Positions 14,501 to 25,293 of a stretch of 64,000 nucleotides of DNA are shown piece after piece. A program made the translations under genes and the position numbers. Source of the DNA: Malacoraja senta. Taxonomy: Eukaryota. The notes beneath the pieces are model-generated. The model was not told the origin of the DNA. It ran no database searches and saw only the letters and a program-made list of their open reading frames with translations. The stretch lies in contig CM075988.1 of the NCBI GenBank assembly GCA_038087875.1, positions 16,246,001 to 16,310,000 on the forward strand, read 5' to 3'. Numbering within the stretch: the stretch's first letter is position 1; the number at the start of each line of letters is the position of its first letter.

Positions 14501-17500
14501 TTACATTTGACCTCCCAAAGTGCAACACCTCACACTTGCTTGGTTTAAACTCCATCTGCCATTTCACTGCCCTATGCTTGTGTGTCAGTGACATTCAAGT
14601 GTACGACAGTCTGAATAGCATACTTATGGGCTCGAATATTTTATGATCTTATATAATTATTTGTTAAAACAAAGACTTGGTGTTAAAGTGATTATGGGCC
14701 TTTGCTACTTGGGGAACAAGGATAGGATTGGTTTAGAGAGACATGAGCCAAATGCAGGCAGGTGGGACTATTGCAGATGGGGCATGGTGGTTGGTGAGGG
14801 CAAGTTGGTCCGAAGGGCTTGTTTCCACACTGCGTGACTCTGATCTTGATCATAGCTTCAAGTCTGTCATCATCTATTACTGTTATACAGTGTGTTGAAG
14901 AAGCTGAACACATGGTGGCTGAACTGAAAGAATTCCGACAGGCAAGGATGAAGGAACTAGAGGAGCAACTGCAAAATATTCATGGGAAGAGATGTCAGGA
15001 GCAAGAAATAAGGGAAATGGCTGTAAAAGAAGAGGTTTGTGAGTTATTACAAAAAGAGCATTTAATATTGCAGATCATATTGCAGATAATGCAATATATC
15101 AGATTTTCGTGCTACCCTGATTTCATCTACATTATACATTTAATCTACATTTAATCTACATTCATACAGCTATCATTCCTTGGGTAGGCAGAATTTCACA
15201 GTGACTTGTCACATGTGACAATAAAGTATTCATTCAATCATGTTCGGCACCAACATTGTGGGCCGAAGGGCCTGTTCCTGCGCAGTACTGTTGTGTGAGC
15301 ACATTTAACACAGCAAAACATCTCAAGATCTTTTCTCAGACCATCATCAAACAAAATTTGCAGCTAAAATGGAGACTCAATGAACTGCAGACGCTGGAAT
15401 TTTGAGTAAAACCTAAAGTGCTGGAGTAATTCGGCAGGTTAGGCAGTGTCTGGAGAGCATGGGTAGGCATGTTTTGGGTCTGGACCCTTTTACACAAATC
15501 TGCAGCTACCTATATTTCCAGGTCTGGAGAAGGTTGCAACCAGAGGAAAGGTTGAGGCACTGAAGGGTAATGAGGACAAGGATGCTGCTTTTAAAACTGT
15601 TTAACCAGGGCCTGTGTGTGTCAGTGAGCAAGGTGAGTAGGATGATGGCAATAAGGACACAAACAGAGCTTTGAATGGTTCACTCTCCCCAGCTGTTAAA
15701 ACAAGGGAAACTGTACGAATTAGTGTTGGAAAGTCATGGATTAGGATTTCACATGATGTGCTGAGATAATGGGTCAAACCATGCTATTGAACTGTAAGTA
15801 GTGATTGTAGTGGATACTATAGATATCTACCCAAAACTTACCTTAAGGTCAACTATGGTACCAGGTTTCTGAACAGTTCCGTTTAATATTAGACATTTGC
15901 CAAGGAGAAAAGAATGGAATCTGTGGTTAGTCCATTATCAGAGTTAAACATAAGATAGACACAAAGCTGGAGTAACTCAGCAGGACAGGCAGCATCTCTG
16001 GAAAGAAGGAATGGGTGACGTTTGGGGTCAAGACCCTTCTTCAGACTCTCTCGACCCGAAACATCACCCATTCCTTCTCTCCAGAGATGCTGCCGGTCCC
16101 GCTGAGTTACTCCAGCTTTTTTGTGTCTATCTTCCGTTTAAACCAGCATCTGCAGTTCCTCCTTGCACATCAGTTAAACATACTGGACTGTTCTGAGGCG
16201 CACACTAACCATTCGAATCTCTGCCCCATCTCAGCAACAGAACTAGATCCTTTGACCCCTTCCACCATTTTCTTTGTTATAGCAGTCCGTTGTCTTTTGA
16301 AATTGCCCACAGTATAAATCTTCAGTTTATATATTTTTTTCATTTCCCTGTGGATTGATCACTGTGTAGATTGAGGAACTTGAAGCCAGTCTCGCAAAAG
16401 AAGACAAGATAGCTGAAGAGATCATCGCACAAGAACTTCTGAAGAAGAAGCAACGGCAGAACCTGAGGATGATGGAGGAAGAAGCCAAGTTTCAAGACCA
16501 ACTGGAACGAGGGGAACTGACGCTTCAATTCAGAGAGGTGACGTTCTGTCAATATGATAAATTCACAACATTTTTAAACGATGATCCTGGACTGTTACAA
16601 ATCCATCTATACTATGATGATATGGCTAATCCCTTAATACATTGTTCTTTTAGTACTCAAGTATTTGGCTTGATAATAATCTTGATAGGTTTAAGGCAAA
16701 AGGACCAAAGTTTAAAAGAGATGGGTGGGTTTTCTTTACATAGAGGGTGGAGGGTGCCTGGAGCCTGCTGCTCGGGGCAATGGTGAAGACATATACGATG
16801 GTGGCGTTTAAGAGGCTTTCAGATAGGCATGTGGATATGCAGGGAATGGAGGAGTATGGATCATGAGCAGATTAGTTTAGCTTTGCAAAAGGCCTGCTCC
16901 TATTCTGTTATGTTCTGCGCTCTCTGTTTTGTTATAGAATATTACAGGTTAAATGACACTTCAAGCCCTGTTCATCCAAACAATGTCATGGATTTCTGCC
17001 CCGTTTTCCAGTCTGATTTCTAGAGCCTATAATACTCTTGACATCCAAAATGCACCTTGAATATGCTCAATAATGGTGTGACCGCAGATCTCTGACAGAG
17101 AATCCTAAAGATTTTTGTCCCTCTCAAAAGAAAATGACCTTGCTCCCATTTCTAAATGGTGAATCTCTTACTCTGAGTTCCCTTATTGTAGACTCTCTTG
17201 TTCATAGATACAATGTCACTGCAGTCTTATGAGATCACCTCTTACTTTTCTCAGCTCCATAGCCAGTCCTATTCAGTCGCTCATCATTGAACATCCTTCC
17301 CAGCGTCGGAATCAGATTGGTGAATCGATGATTCACTGTCTCTGAGGTATAGAGACCAAATCTGTGTATAATTCATCAGGATTAATGGAGGTAACATTTT
17401 CACACAGAAGGTGGTGGGTGTATGGAACGAGCTGCTGGAGGAGGTAGTTGAGATACTTTTGGACATTAAGAAACATTTGGACAGATAAGTGGATAGGACA

Positions 17501-20500
17501 GGTTTAGAGGGATATGGGCCAAACACAGGCAGGTGGGGCTAGTGTAGATGGGACATGTTGGCCAGTGTGAGTAAGTTGGGCCGAGGGGCCTGTTTCCACG
17601 CTGTAATACTCTATGACTATGACCTGATTTTGACTCATCAAAGTTTCATACAATCTCAGCAAAATTTTCTTGTTCTTGGTCTTCCATTTCACATAATAGA
17701 ATTGTTCTTAAACTGCCACACGTGAATGGAAATTTCCTGAAGGAGTTAATGATTTGCCATTCCTCATTAAGTTTAAGAAAAAAACTATTTTCTTGCAGAA
17801 ACTTATTAAAGAGCATGGTGAAAGACTGCAGCTCCAGGAGAAGGGTCTTCAGCAGGAGATTGCACAGATTAAGGAGGATCTGGAGGTGAGGAGAAAGGGG
17901 AAAAGAGCCAACAGCCTACGAAGAATTGCAGAAAGGAAAGTAGCGGAAGAGCAGAAGGAAGAGGCTAGACATTCGCAACAAGTCGAACAGGTTCTAAACG
18001 AAGGTATGAAGAGGGTGATTCAGTCAGAAATGTGCACCACAAATGGAATGTCGTCCTCCTGGGATTTCATTGAAGTCAATGAGCTGGGGAATCTGTGATG
18101 ACAGTTTCTGAATAGCCCACCAGTTGCTGCTTGAGTAAGGTCCGAGCTGCACTGTGTCTGCTCACAGCCCAGCAACCCCTCAAAGCTGCACCTTGGAAAT
18201 TACTGCAGGCTTCATCCCTTCCCTCATAACTTCCTTCAGTTCAATGGCCCTCTGGGATCTCTGCTCTCCTCCAATTCTGTCTTCTCAGACACTTGCGCTT
18301 CTTTTAATCTGCTTTTTCTCTGTAGCTGCAACAGAATAATTCTGCAACACTATATTCTGTGCTTAGGGATGACATGAGATCATAAAAAGGTACCAAAAAA
18401 AGAGTAGGCAGACACAAAATGCTGGATTAACTCAGCGGTACAGGCAGCATCTCTGGAGAGGAGGAATGGGTGATGTTTCTGGTCGAGACCCTTCTTCAGA
18501 CTGATCGAGGGTCTCGACCTGAAACGTCACCTTTTCCTTCTCTCCAGAGATGCTGCCTGCCTGCTGAGTTACTCCAGCATTTTGTGTCTATCTATCAAAA
18601 AAAGACATGTTTCTATTTTATGATTTTGATATGTTATAATTAAACTATATTATTCTCTCTTTTACTCAGCCACCAAAACCTTTGAACAAATGGCAGGTTT
18701 TGTTGCATTGAATGTTCCAGTGCTCCTCTGCAGACCCAGAGCTACCTTGGGTAAGCATCATCCATGGCCAGATGGCACTTGTTGTGCCAGTGATGTACAG
18801 GTCCTGCTCTTCTACTGAAGATGAGCGCCAGATGTAAATGCAAGATCGTAGTTGACATCTTCCAATATCTTGAACTTAGATTGTTGAGTAAAACTCAAAG
18901 TGCTAGAGTAACTCAGCAGGTCAGGCAGCATCTGTGGAGCGAATAGACAGATGGCATTTTGGGTTGGGACACTTCTTCAGACTCAACACTGAATGTTGAA
19001 TCTTTTCATACCTGTAGTGAAAGACTCTATCAAGATGGTTCTGCAGTCCCCACTCTTCAAACTCCTTTCGGAAATCAACGAACACCTGAAAGCAAATCCA
19101 GAGGTCAGGGTGGCTCCACAAGATAAAGATGATCGACGGGAAACTGATGAAGCCAAAGTCAACTACCAAGGTAGAGTGACTTGTTGATCAATCAGAGCCA
19201 ACTTCCGATGAAATTACTTGTCTGCTCCACTCCTTTTGGTTATCCATCACCATATCCCATTATTGCTAAACCTACTTTGACATTCCAACCTTTTCAAATC
19301 CCTCCATGGGTTTACACGGCCCATCAATGTAATTTTGTCCAATCCTACAATCATCTAAGACATTGCTCCTCTTCCAGTTTTTGTCCTCTGGGCATCTGTG
19401 ATTTCAGGCACTCCATTAGTGGTGCCTGTGCCTTCGTTTACCAAGGCCCTGAGCTCGATTTCCCAGTCTAAAACTTTCCATCACTCTGCCTTCCTCGAAG
19501 GTGCTCCTTAAAAGCTGTAGTGGCTCAATGGTTAGCATTCTTGTGGTTGAGCTATATATTCTGGGGTTAATTCCTGCTCCTGAAACCTGTACACAAAATT
19601 TTAGGCGGTCTCTCAGTTCATGTCGGAAGGGAATGCGTAGGAAGGAACTGCAGATTCTAGTTATCCATTCTGCCAGAGGGCTAACTTTCAGATTAGATAT
19701 TAATCTGATAATCACTTAATTTTTTTTTTTTTTTTTAATTTAATTCTTTATTTCGAACAGAATAAAAGAATAAAAGCAAGTGTGAAACAGCATACAAAAA
19801 ACAAAAAAACAAAACAAGAATATTTATAAAGTGTCATAAACAATATTTATAAATAAATGAAATCGTATGTGTCCGAAAAGGAGCAGGAAGAAGCCAAAGC
19901 TTATTAATTCCCTCCCCTTATTCAACTGCTTATAATTATCTTATACAAATTTAGCTGCTATATGTACACCATATGTACACCAGCAGCTATATGTACACCA
20001 AGTTATTTACATTTATACACTTATATACTACACTTCACATGGACATTAAACCTCTCATGGTGCCATTTTAAGAGGAATAGTGGAATTATCCACGGTAGCC
20101 TGGCCAACGTGTATCCTTCATCAAATATTCATAACATTGGATCATTGCATCCTTGTGTGTGAGAGCTATTTGGCTGCCACATTTCTTTCATTGCAAACAA
20201 TGAAGGAAGACATTTCATAAGGACTTTGCTGAAGGCAAGGCATTTGCAACATAGGAATCACTACACAGACACAAACCTTTCCTTTTCCCAATCTGCTCAA
20301 ACTTTTGGCCATCATTCCTAATATCCCTAATATTCATATTTTGTGGTTAGTTACCAAATTTTGTTTGCTAATTCATCTCTGATACACCTTGCTATGACAA
20401 AATTGTTGCAGAAGTCGCTATTGATTGAAAGAGGTACTATTCTGTTACAGGAATAGACAGCCCGTGCATAGACATTGTGGATGCAGGGTGCACATGTGAA

Positions 20501-23500
20501 GGAAACCTGATGCCACTGGGCATTGAGATGCTTTCTGGGACTGAGCTAGATGTCTATCGTTTTGGGATCTTCATAGCCCAGCTTGTGAAGAGAATTATCA
20601 ATGTGAGTTCCAGCGGCTGTGATGACATTTGTGAGGAAACCTGGAATTGGAATCTTGCACTCTCTCTTTCTTGAAGTCAAGTTTTATTCTTCCCTATGTT
20701 TTCTTTTTTAAGATCTTAAAACCATGAAACATTTTAACTTCCCCCAGCATGCTTGCATCATTGTTTATGTTTACTATTACGCAAAATGGAGATGGCCAAG
20801 AGAGAATTTAACAATGTCTCCAGGATGTTGAAAATATTTGAAGATTAGCTACTGAAAGGCGTATTTACATTACTTGCCAATCTTTTGACTTGGATGGGAG
20901 CTAGTCTGCTTCCTAGAATGGCAGAATAAATACATGAGGAAAGATTGGGTGATTGGGCTTATCTTCACTAGAGTTTACAGTATCTAATAGAGACATTAAA
21001 TTCTGACATGACAAGGTAGCTTAGCTGTAGGGAGGATATTCATAATGTGTAGGAAAGAACTGCAGATAGATGCTGGTTAAATTGAAGATAGACACACAAT
21101 GCTGGAGTAACTCAGCAGGACAGGCAGCATCTATGGAGAGAAGGAATGGGTGATGTTTCAGGTCAAAACCCTTCTTCTGACTGATGTCAGGGGAGTGGGC
21201 GGTACAGAGATAAAATGTAGTCGGAGACAGTAAGACTGGTGGGAGAACTGGGGAGGGGATGGAGAGAGATGGAAAACAAGGGCTACTTGAAGTTAGAGAA
21301 GTCAATGTTCATACCGCTGGGGTGTAAGCTACCCAAGCGAAATGGAGGAGGCCCAGGACAGAAAGGTCAGTGTGGGAATGGGATATTCCTAATGACTGAA
21401 ATTTCCCTCAGGAAATGGGATTTGGCCATCAGAACTAAGATCAGGAGAAATGTCTTCACCCAGACGGTGGAGAACCTGTGGTAACCAAGTTATTACATTT
21501 ATTCTAGAAGAAAGTAGTATTTAGTTTAGAAACAGTGTGGAAACAGGCCCTTCGGTCCACGGAGTCCACGCCGACCATCGATCCCCTGTACACTAGTTTA
21601 AGTTGTACACACTAGGGCAAGTAACATACATAGAAACATAGAAACATAGAAAATAGGTGCAGGAGTAGGCCATTCGGCCCTTTGAGCCTGCACCGCCATT
21701 CAATGTGATCATGGCTGATCATCCAACTCAGTATCCTGTACCTGCCTTCTCTCCATACCCCCTGATCCCTTTAGCCACAAGGGCCACATCTAACTCCCTC
21801 TTAAATATAGCATACAAACCTGCATATCTTTAGAATGTGGGAGGAAACCAGAGTACCTGGAAAAATCCCATGCAGAGAACATGCAAACTCCACACAGACA
21901 GCACCCGTAGTCGGGTTTGGACTGCCGCTGTGAGGCAGTAACTCTGCCACTGAGCCACTATGCCGCCCTATGACATTTCTTAATGTCAAAGAGATTAAGG
22001 GATATGGAGAAAAAGTGGGAAGTGAATACTGATCGTGTCAAAGAATGGAGCAGCCCCAAAGAGCCAAATGGACTTTCTCTGCTCTGATTTTAAATGTTTC
22101 TTCATTCAGATGTAAACCAATAGTACAGCCAAAGATAGTGACAAACATTTTCACTCCCACATGCTTACATAAACATGGAACATCTTACAAGTTTCTTTTC
22201 AGACAGCGACCAAGCCATCATTGGATATTTGAAACATAAGTCTATTCATTGAAACCAATAGTGTAATAATGGGAGAGGAACTCATCACAGGCCCAGATTA
22301 TGTGTTACATTTGCCACTTTATAACGAGCTGTCACCTATGTTATATGGCATAAGAGTAACATTTTCTCATTTCTCAACAGGGCCCAGACATAAACCTACT
22401 TCTTGCCTCCAGTTTGCCCATGAACAATTATACACACAATACGTTCCGGAATTCATTTTATTATCAGGTACAGTATGTAACATCAGTCCAGTACATTCTT
22501 AGGAAGGGTCGATACCTGTGCCTGTTCCACAATGGGTCAATAATGTCCAGCGGCAAGGAGCTGCTGCACTGAAGGATCCCATTCTTAGCTTTGTTAAAGG
22601 TCAGTATGCAGACTACTGAGAGAGGCACCAGCCTCCAGATGGGCACATGCTCCTCTCGGGGTCAATGATGTCACGAGTCCACATGAGTGGTAACCATGGC
22701 GCCCTAATGAAAAGAACCATCGTGATGTGTCATTTGTTCAAGGAGCCACTTCCTTGAGATGACAAAGTGACCTCCATCCAATGATAGCACATGAGAGTGA
22801 GCACGGTGACACCAAGCCCAATAGTGACAACAGACTTGAAGTTGCCTCCAACAGATCAAACAGCATCAGCCCCCACAGCTTATCACTTCAAATGCTGAGG
22901 GAAGACAGACCATATTTCCACAAGTTTGATCAGTGCACATAAAGATCCCAAATGCATCCAGCAATTGGGTTTTAGATAAACTTCACTTGTGTCCCACAGA
23001 AAAGTGTAGTGGCGTGCAAGGGGAATTTCCAGATCAATGTGTCTTCACTACATAGAACGTAAAACAGCACAGCACTGGAACAACCCTTCAGCCCACAATG
23101 TCTGGGCTAAGCATGATGTTAAGATAAACTAATCTCATCTGCCTGCTCATGATCCATATCCCATAATGTGGCAAAGTGAAGCAACCATCCATTGTGAAAA
23201 GGTCCCTTCTGTACTTTGGTTCCAACCTTGGACTAACCTCAACCTCTGGTATCGGAATAATGGCAATTTTGTTTTTAACATTGCTCTATTCGAGCTTTCG
23301 AACAATATTTCCAGCATCTTCTGTTTTCATTGCATAAGGACTAGAATCGTTTCCATTCTGTTTTATCGCTTGGGACATTATATCAAGACTTCTGTATTCC
23401 AGCATTCTCGGAAAGAGCTCTTTATTCGACGCCAACAACTGACATCAGTGGGTGACTTCTCCCTCCTCCTGGTTCACTGTTTGGCTCACATTGCTGCGGG

Positions 23501-25293
23501 TGAGCTGAGGGATGATTCCAATCCTCTCTACCTCAAGTTTTTTCACCAGGTACGGCAACAAAATTATATTCCAGCCAGACTTAAAACTTAGTTTGGTCAG
23601 CCCCTTCACAGATTTGAATTACAAACATACTGTGTTTGTATCTTAGGCACTGAGAGGCATCTTCAAGGAAACATTCTTTCTGCGACTCTGCGTTTCCCCC
23701 ACTTTACGTACACATGATGACCTATTCCAAAATGAAGTGTGCCCAGAAGTTCATTTGGAAGCAATTCCTGATTTACTGAATGTCAAACTGAGAGACCCAG
23801 AATCTCTGACTGTTGCTGGAGAGGTAATATTTACCCATTTAATGCATTTTATGTCAAGGATTAATAGTAGTGTCATAGAACAGTATAGCACAGGACTCTT
23901 CAACCCTTAATGTCTGTACCAAACACAATACCAAGGTAAACAATTCTCATCAGCCTGCACGTGATCCATATCCCTCCATTCTCTGCATATCTGTCATGAC
24001 TCACAAAGATTATGGAGATTTAGGGTTCTACAGTTGACTAAAGCAGCTCGATAAAAGAATACAAGACCTACATTTATATAGCACCTTGCCTTCTTCATTA
24101 AAGACACTGCAAAGCCTTCTGCACTGGATGAATTATTTGAAAGTGAGCAACTGTTATGCGGATTAACATAGAGCATAACAAGATTTCACAAATAGCAAAG
24201 AGATGAATGATTTTTGTTTCTGCAATTGCCATTGTGCCTGAGATATAAATGTATGTGATCACACTGTACAAAACTGTCCCATTACAAACTAGGACATAAA
24301 TATAATCCCCAGGTTAATTGTAAAGTATGTTAGCTCTATGGGTTTTTAATCACCAACGAAGTCCATTGCAGAATGTGCGGATGGTTACAGTCGAGATACA
24401 TGCAGCTTAAGGGCTATGAGGAGGGTGCACAAAATTGTACTGACATGGAAATTCACACATGACATTTAAGAAGGTGTGTGTATTTATTCAAGGCCTTATT
24501 CTCCCTAACTTTCTACATGCACTTGTAGCTCAGTCAACATGTCACATCCTGTAAAGAGATGACATCCTTAAAGCAACAACAAATATCCACAACAAATACA
24601 ACAAATACGGTGGAGACACGAGAAACTGCAGATGCTGGAATCTTGAGCAAAACACAAAGTGCTGGAAGACCTCAGCAAGTCAGACAGCATCTTTGGACGG
24701 AAATGGACAAATGATGTTTTAGCCATCCCAAAATTCCCTTCTATCCATTCCTTCTATCCAGAGATGCTGCCTTTAAAGGCAGCATCTCTGGATAGAAGGA
24801 AAGGATGACGTTTCGAGTCAAGACCCTGACTCTCACTGAAATGTCACCCATTCCTTCTATCCAGAAATGCTGCCTGTCCCGCTGAGTTACTCCAGCATTT
24901 TGTGTCTGTCTCCCTCCGCAAATGCTGCCTGACATGTTGAGTTCTTCCAGCACTTTGTGTTTTGCAATAATAATCACTACATTGGTAATGGTAGAAAATC
25001 TTGCAAACAACTCCTGATATTTCCAAAAACCAGACACTTGTTAAAGCAAGTAGATGGAATACAGTAATCGTACAGATTAACGCTTCTAGAAAAGATCTGT
25101 AAATTAATTCAGGATTGCCTAATTTAGATGCTGACTGGGCGGAAAGAGTTTGGCACTGATTTCTAACTGGAAAAACTTGCATACTTTTCTATACCTTCAG
25201 CAGGACAGAGAAACCATAGATGACAACAGAGTTTCAACCCAACCAGACCAGCAAGGTGAAAAGACGAATGAAGGACAACTTAAAATCGAGTAG
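2365..25293 (+). CDS. 3' part (20 exons, ~1070 aa) of a large uncharacterised coiled-coil protein; 5' end lies upstream of the window or was not recognised
   Basis: Exons joined by hand with AG/GT boundaries and matching phases give one open frame: 2365-2549, 6351-6476, 6582-6777, 8029-8185, 9647-9740, 10511-10759, 10954-11157, 11795-11977, 12509-12646, 13256-13435, 13887-14054, 14891-15034, 16370-16537, 17799-18003, 19018-19170, 20451-20602, 22381-22467, 23403-23549, 23647-23823, 25201-25293 (TAG). E/Q/K/L/R-rich helical middle; AATAAA at 26046 and 26211. Confidence 0.8.
2735..3260 (+). mobile_element. CR1 LINE 3' fragment interrupted by a short insert
   Basis: FTRILPRLEG...LGLFSLE, then tttatacagagggttgtgggtgcttggaac. 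Confidence 0.75.
4553..5246. mobile_element. non-autonomous DNA transposon (PIF/Harbinger-like MITE)
   Basis: TIR TGGGCCTGTCCCACTTAGGCGAC / GTCGCCTACGTGGGAGAGGCCCA; TAA TSD at 4550-4552 and 5247-5249. Confidence 0.8.
5390..5850 (+). mobile_element. Rex1/Babar-type LINE 3' fragment
   Basis: similar to 37116-37660 (LPTI..IY...C.KKA..I..DP.HP, PSGRRYR); ACTTG tail repeats. Confidence 0.7.
6351..6476 (+). CDS. coiled-coil gene exon (LKTLLIQEF...VLETK)
   Basis: ttacag acceptor, AAG|gtaaat donor, phase 0-0. Confidence 0.7.
6582..6777 (+). CDS. coiled-coil gene exon (GLLSGDVYH...PVSNK)
   Basis: tttcag acceptor, G|gttggc donor, phase 0-1. Confidence 0.65.
6880..7205 (+). mobile_element. tRNA-derived V-SINE (HE1-like)
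   Basis: A box TGGCGCAGCGG, B box GGTTCGATCCC, V-domain, CR1-like 3' tail GGGCCGAAGGGCCTGTTTC...(AACTA)n. Confidence 0.85.
8029..8185 (+). CDS. coiled-coil gene exon (PVGSGSSQ...ERQALI)
   Basis: aaacag acceptor, AG|gtgggc donor, phase 1-2 fits both neighbours. Confidence 0.65.
8910..9475 (-). mobile_element. Penelope-like element 3' fragment with inverted terminal segment
   Basis: GIY-YIG C-terminal remnant on the minus strand (~9265-9350), terminal repeat 8915-9015, inverted copy 9390-9470. Confidence 0.7.
9647..9740 (+). CDS. coiled-coil gene exon (FHIEKHASE...RVLEE)
   Basis: aag acceptor, GAG|gtatgt donor, phase 2-0. Confidence 0.65.
10511..10759 (+). CDS. coiled-coil gene exon (LLEEEDSRK...KIEHKQ)
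   Basis: attag acceptor, weak CAG|gtcaaa donor, open helical frame. Confidence 0.7.
10954..11157 (+). CDS. coiled-coil gene exon (VPLPLETS...IYSRLQ)
   Basis: ttgaag acceptor, CAG|gtacag donor. Confidence 0.7.
11795..11977 (+). CDS. coiled-coil gene exon (MQNLDEAV...VGKPH)
   Basis: cccag acceptor, CAT|gtaaga donor. Confidence 0.7.
12509..12646 (+). CDS. coiled-coil gene exon (EENEDVSM...LVEEQ)
   Basis: ctgtag acceptor, CAG|gtgatt donor. Confidence 0.7.
13256..13435 (+). CDS. coiled-coil gene exon (MRLQEEQA...HCRVE)
   Basis: long pyrimidine tract + tttcag, GAG|gtttgt donor. Confidence 0.7.
13887..14054 (+). CDS. coiled-coil gene exon (QWLAEDDD...FTSDK)
   Basis: ttgcag acceptor, AAG|gttggt donor. 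Confidence 0.7.
14891..15034 (+). CDS. coiled-coil gene exon (CVEEAEHM...AVKEE)
   Basis: atacag acceptor, GAG|gtttgt donor. Confidence 0.75.
15953..16171. mobile_element. palindromic Penelope-like mini-element
   Basis: inverted arms; 11-bp TSD AGTTAAACATA at 15942-15952 and 16172-16182. Confidence 0.75.
16370..16537 (+). CDS. coiled-coil gene exon (IEELEASL...LQFRE)
   Basis: gtgtag acceptor, GAG|gtgacg donor. Confidence 0.75.
17799..18003 (+). CDS. coiled-coil gene exon (KLIKEHGE...QVLNE)
   Basis: ttgcag acceptor, G|gtatga donor, phase 0-1. Confidence 0.75.
18404..18595. mobile_element. palindromic Penelope-like mini-element
   Basis: ~90-bp inverted arms; 10-bp TSD CAAAAAAAGA at 18394-18403 and 18596-18605. 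Confidence 0.75.
19018..19170 (+). CDS. coiled-coil gene exon (KDSIKMVLQSPLF...VNYQ)
   Basis: ctgtag acceptor, G|gtagag donor, phase 1-1. Confidence 0.7.
19718..20030 (-). mobile_element. poly(A)-tailed non-LTR retroelement 3' end
   Basis: T-run followed by TTTATT (AATAAA on the minus strand) and an A-rich body. Confidence 0.5.
20451..20602 (+). CDS. C-terminal domain exon (IDSPCIDIVDAGCTCEGNL...KRIIN)
   Basis: ttacag acceptor, AAT|gtgagt donor, phase 1-0. Confidence 0.8.
21520..21970 (-). mobile_element. V-SINE with a nested young CR1 3' end (~21630-21812)
   Basis: SINE tail and head are separated by the reverse complement of the CR1 3' end also seen at 61770-61947. Confidence 0.8.
22381..22467 (+). 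CDS. C-terminal domain exon (GPDINLLLASSLPMNNYTHNTFRNSFYYQ)
   Basis: caacag acceptor, CAG|gtacag donor. Confidence 0.8.
23403..23549 (+). CDS. C-terminal domain exon (HSRKELFIRR...LLVHCLAHI...KFFHQ)
   Basis: ttccag acceptor, CAG|gtacgg donor. Confidence 0.8.
23647..23823 (+). CDS. C-terminal exon (ALRGIFKETFF...VAGE)
   Basis: tcttag acceptor, GAG|gtaata donor. Confidence 0.75.
25201..25293 (+). CDS. probable terminal coding exon (QDRETIDD...LKIE*)
   Basis: cttcag acceptor (tandem CAGCAG), TAG stop, downstream AATAAA signals. Confidence 0.6.
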   Translation, partial: QDRETIDDNRVSTQPDQQGEKTNEGQLKIE

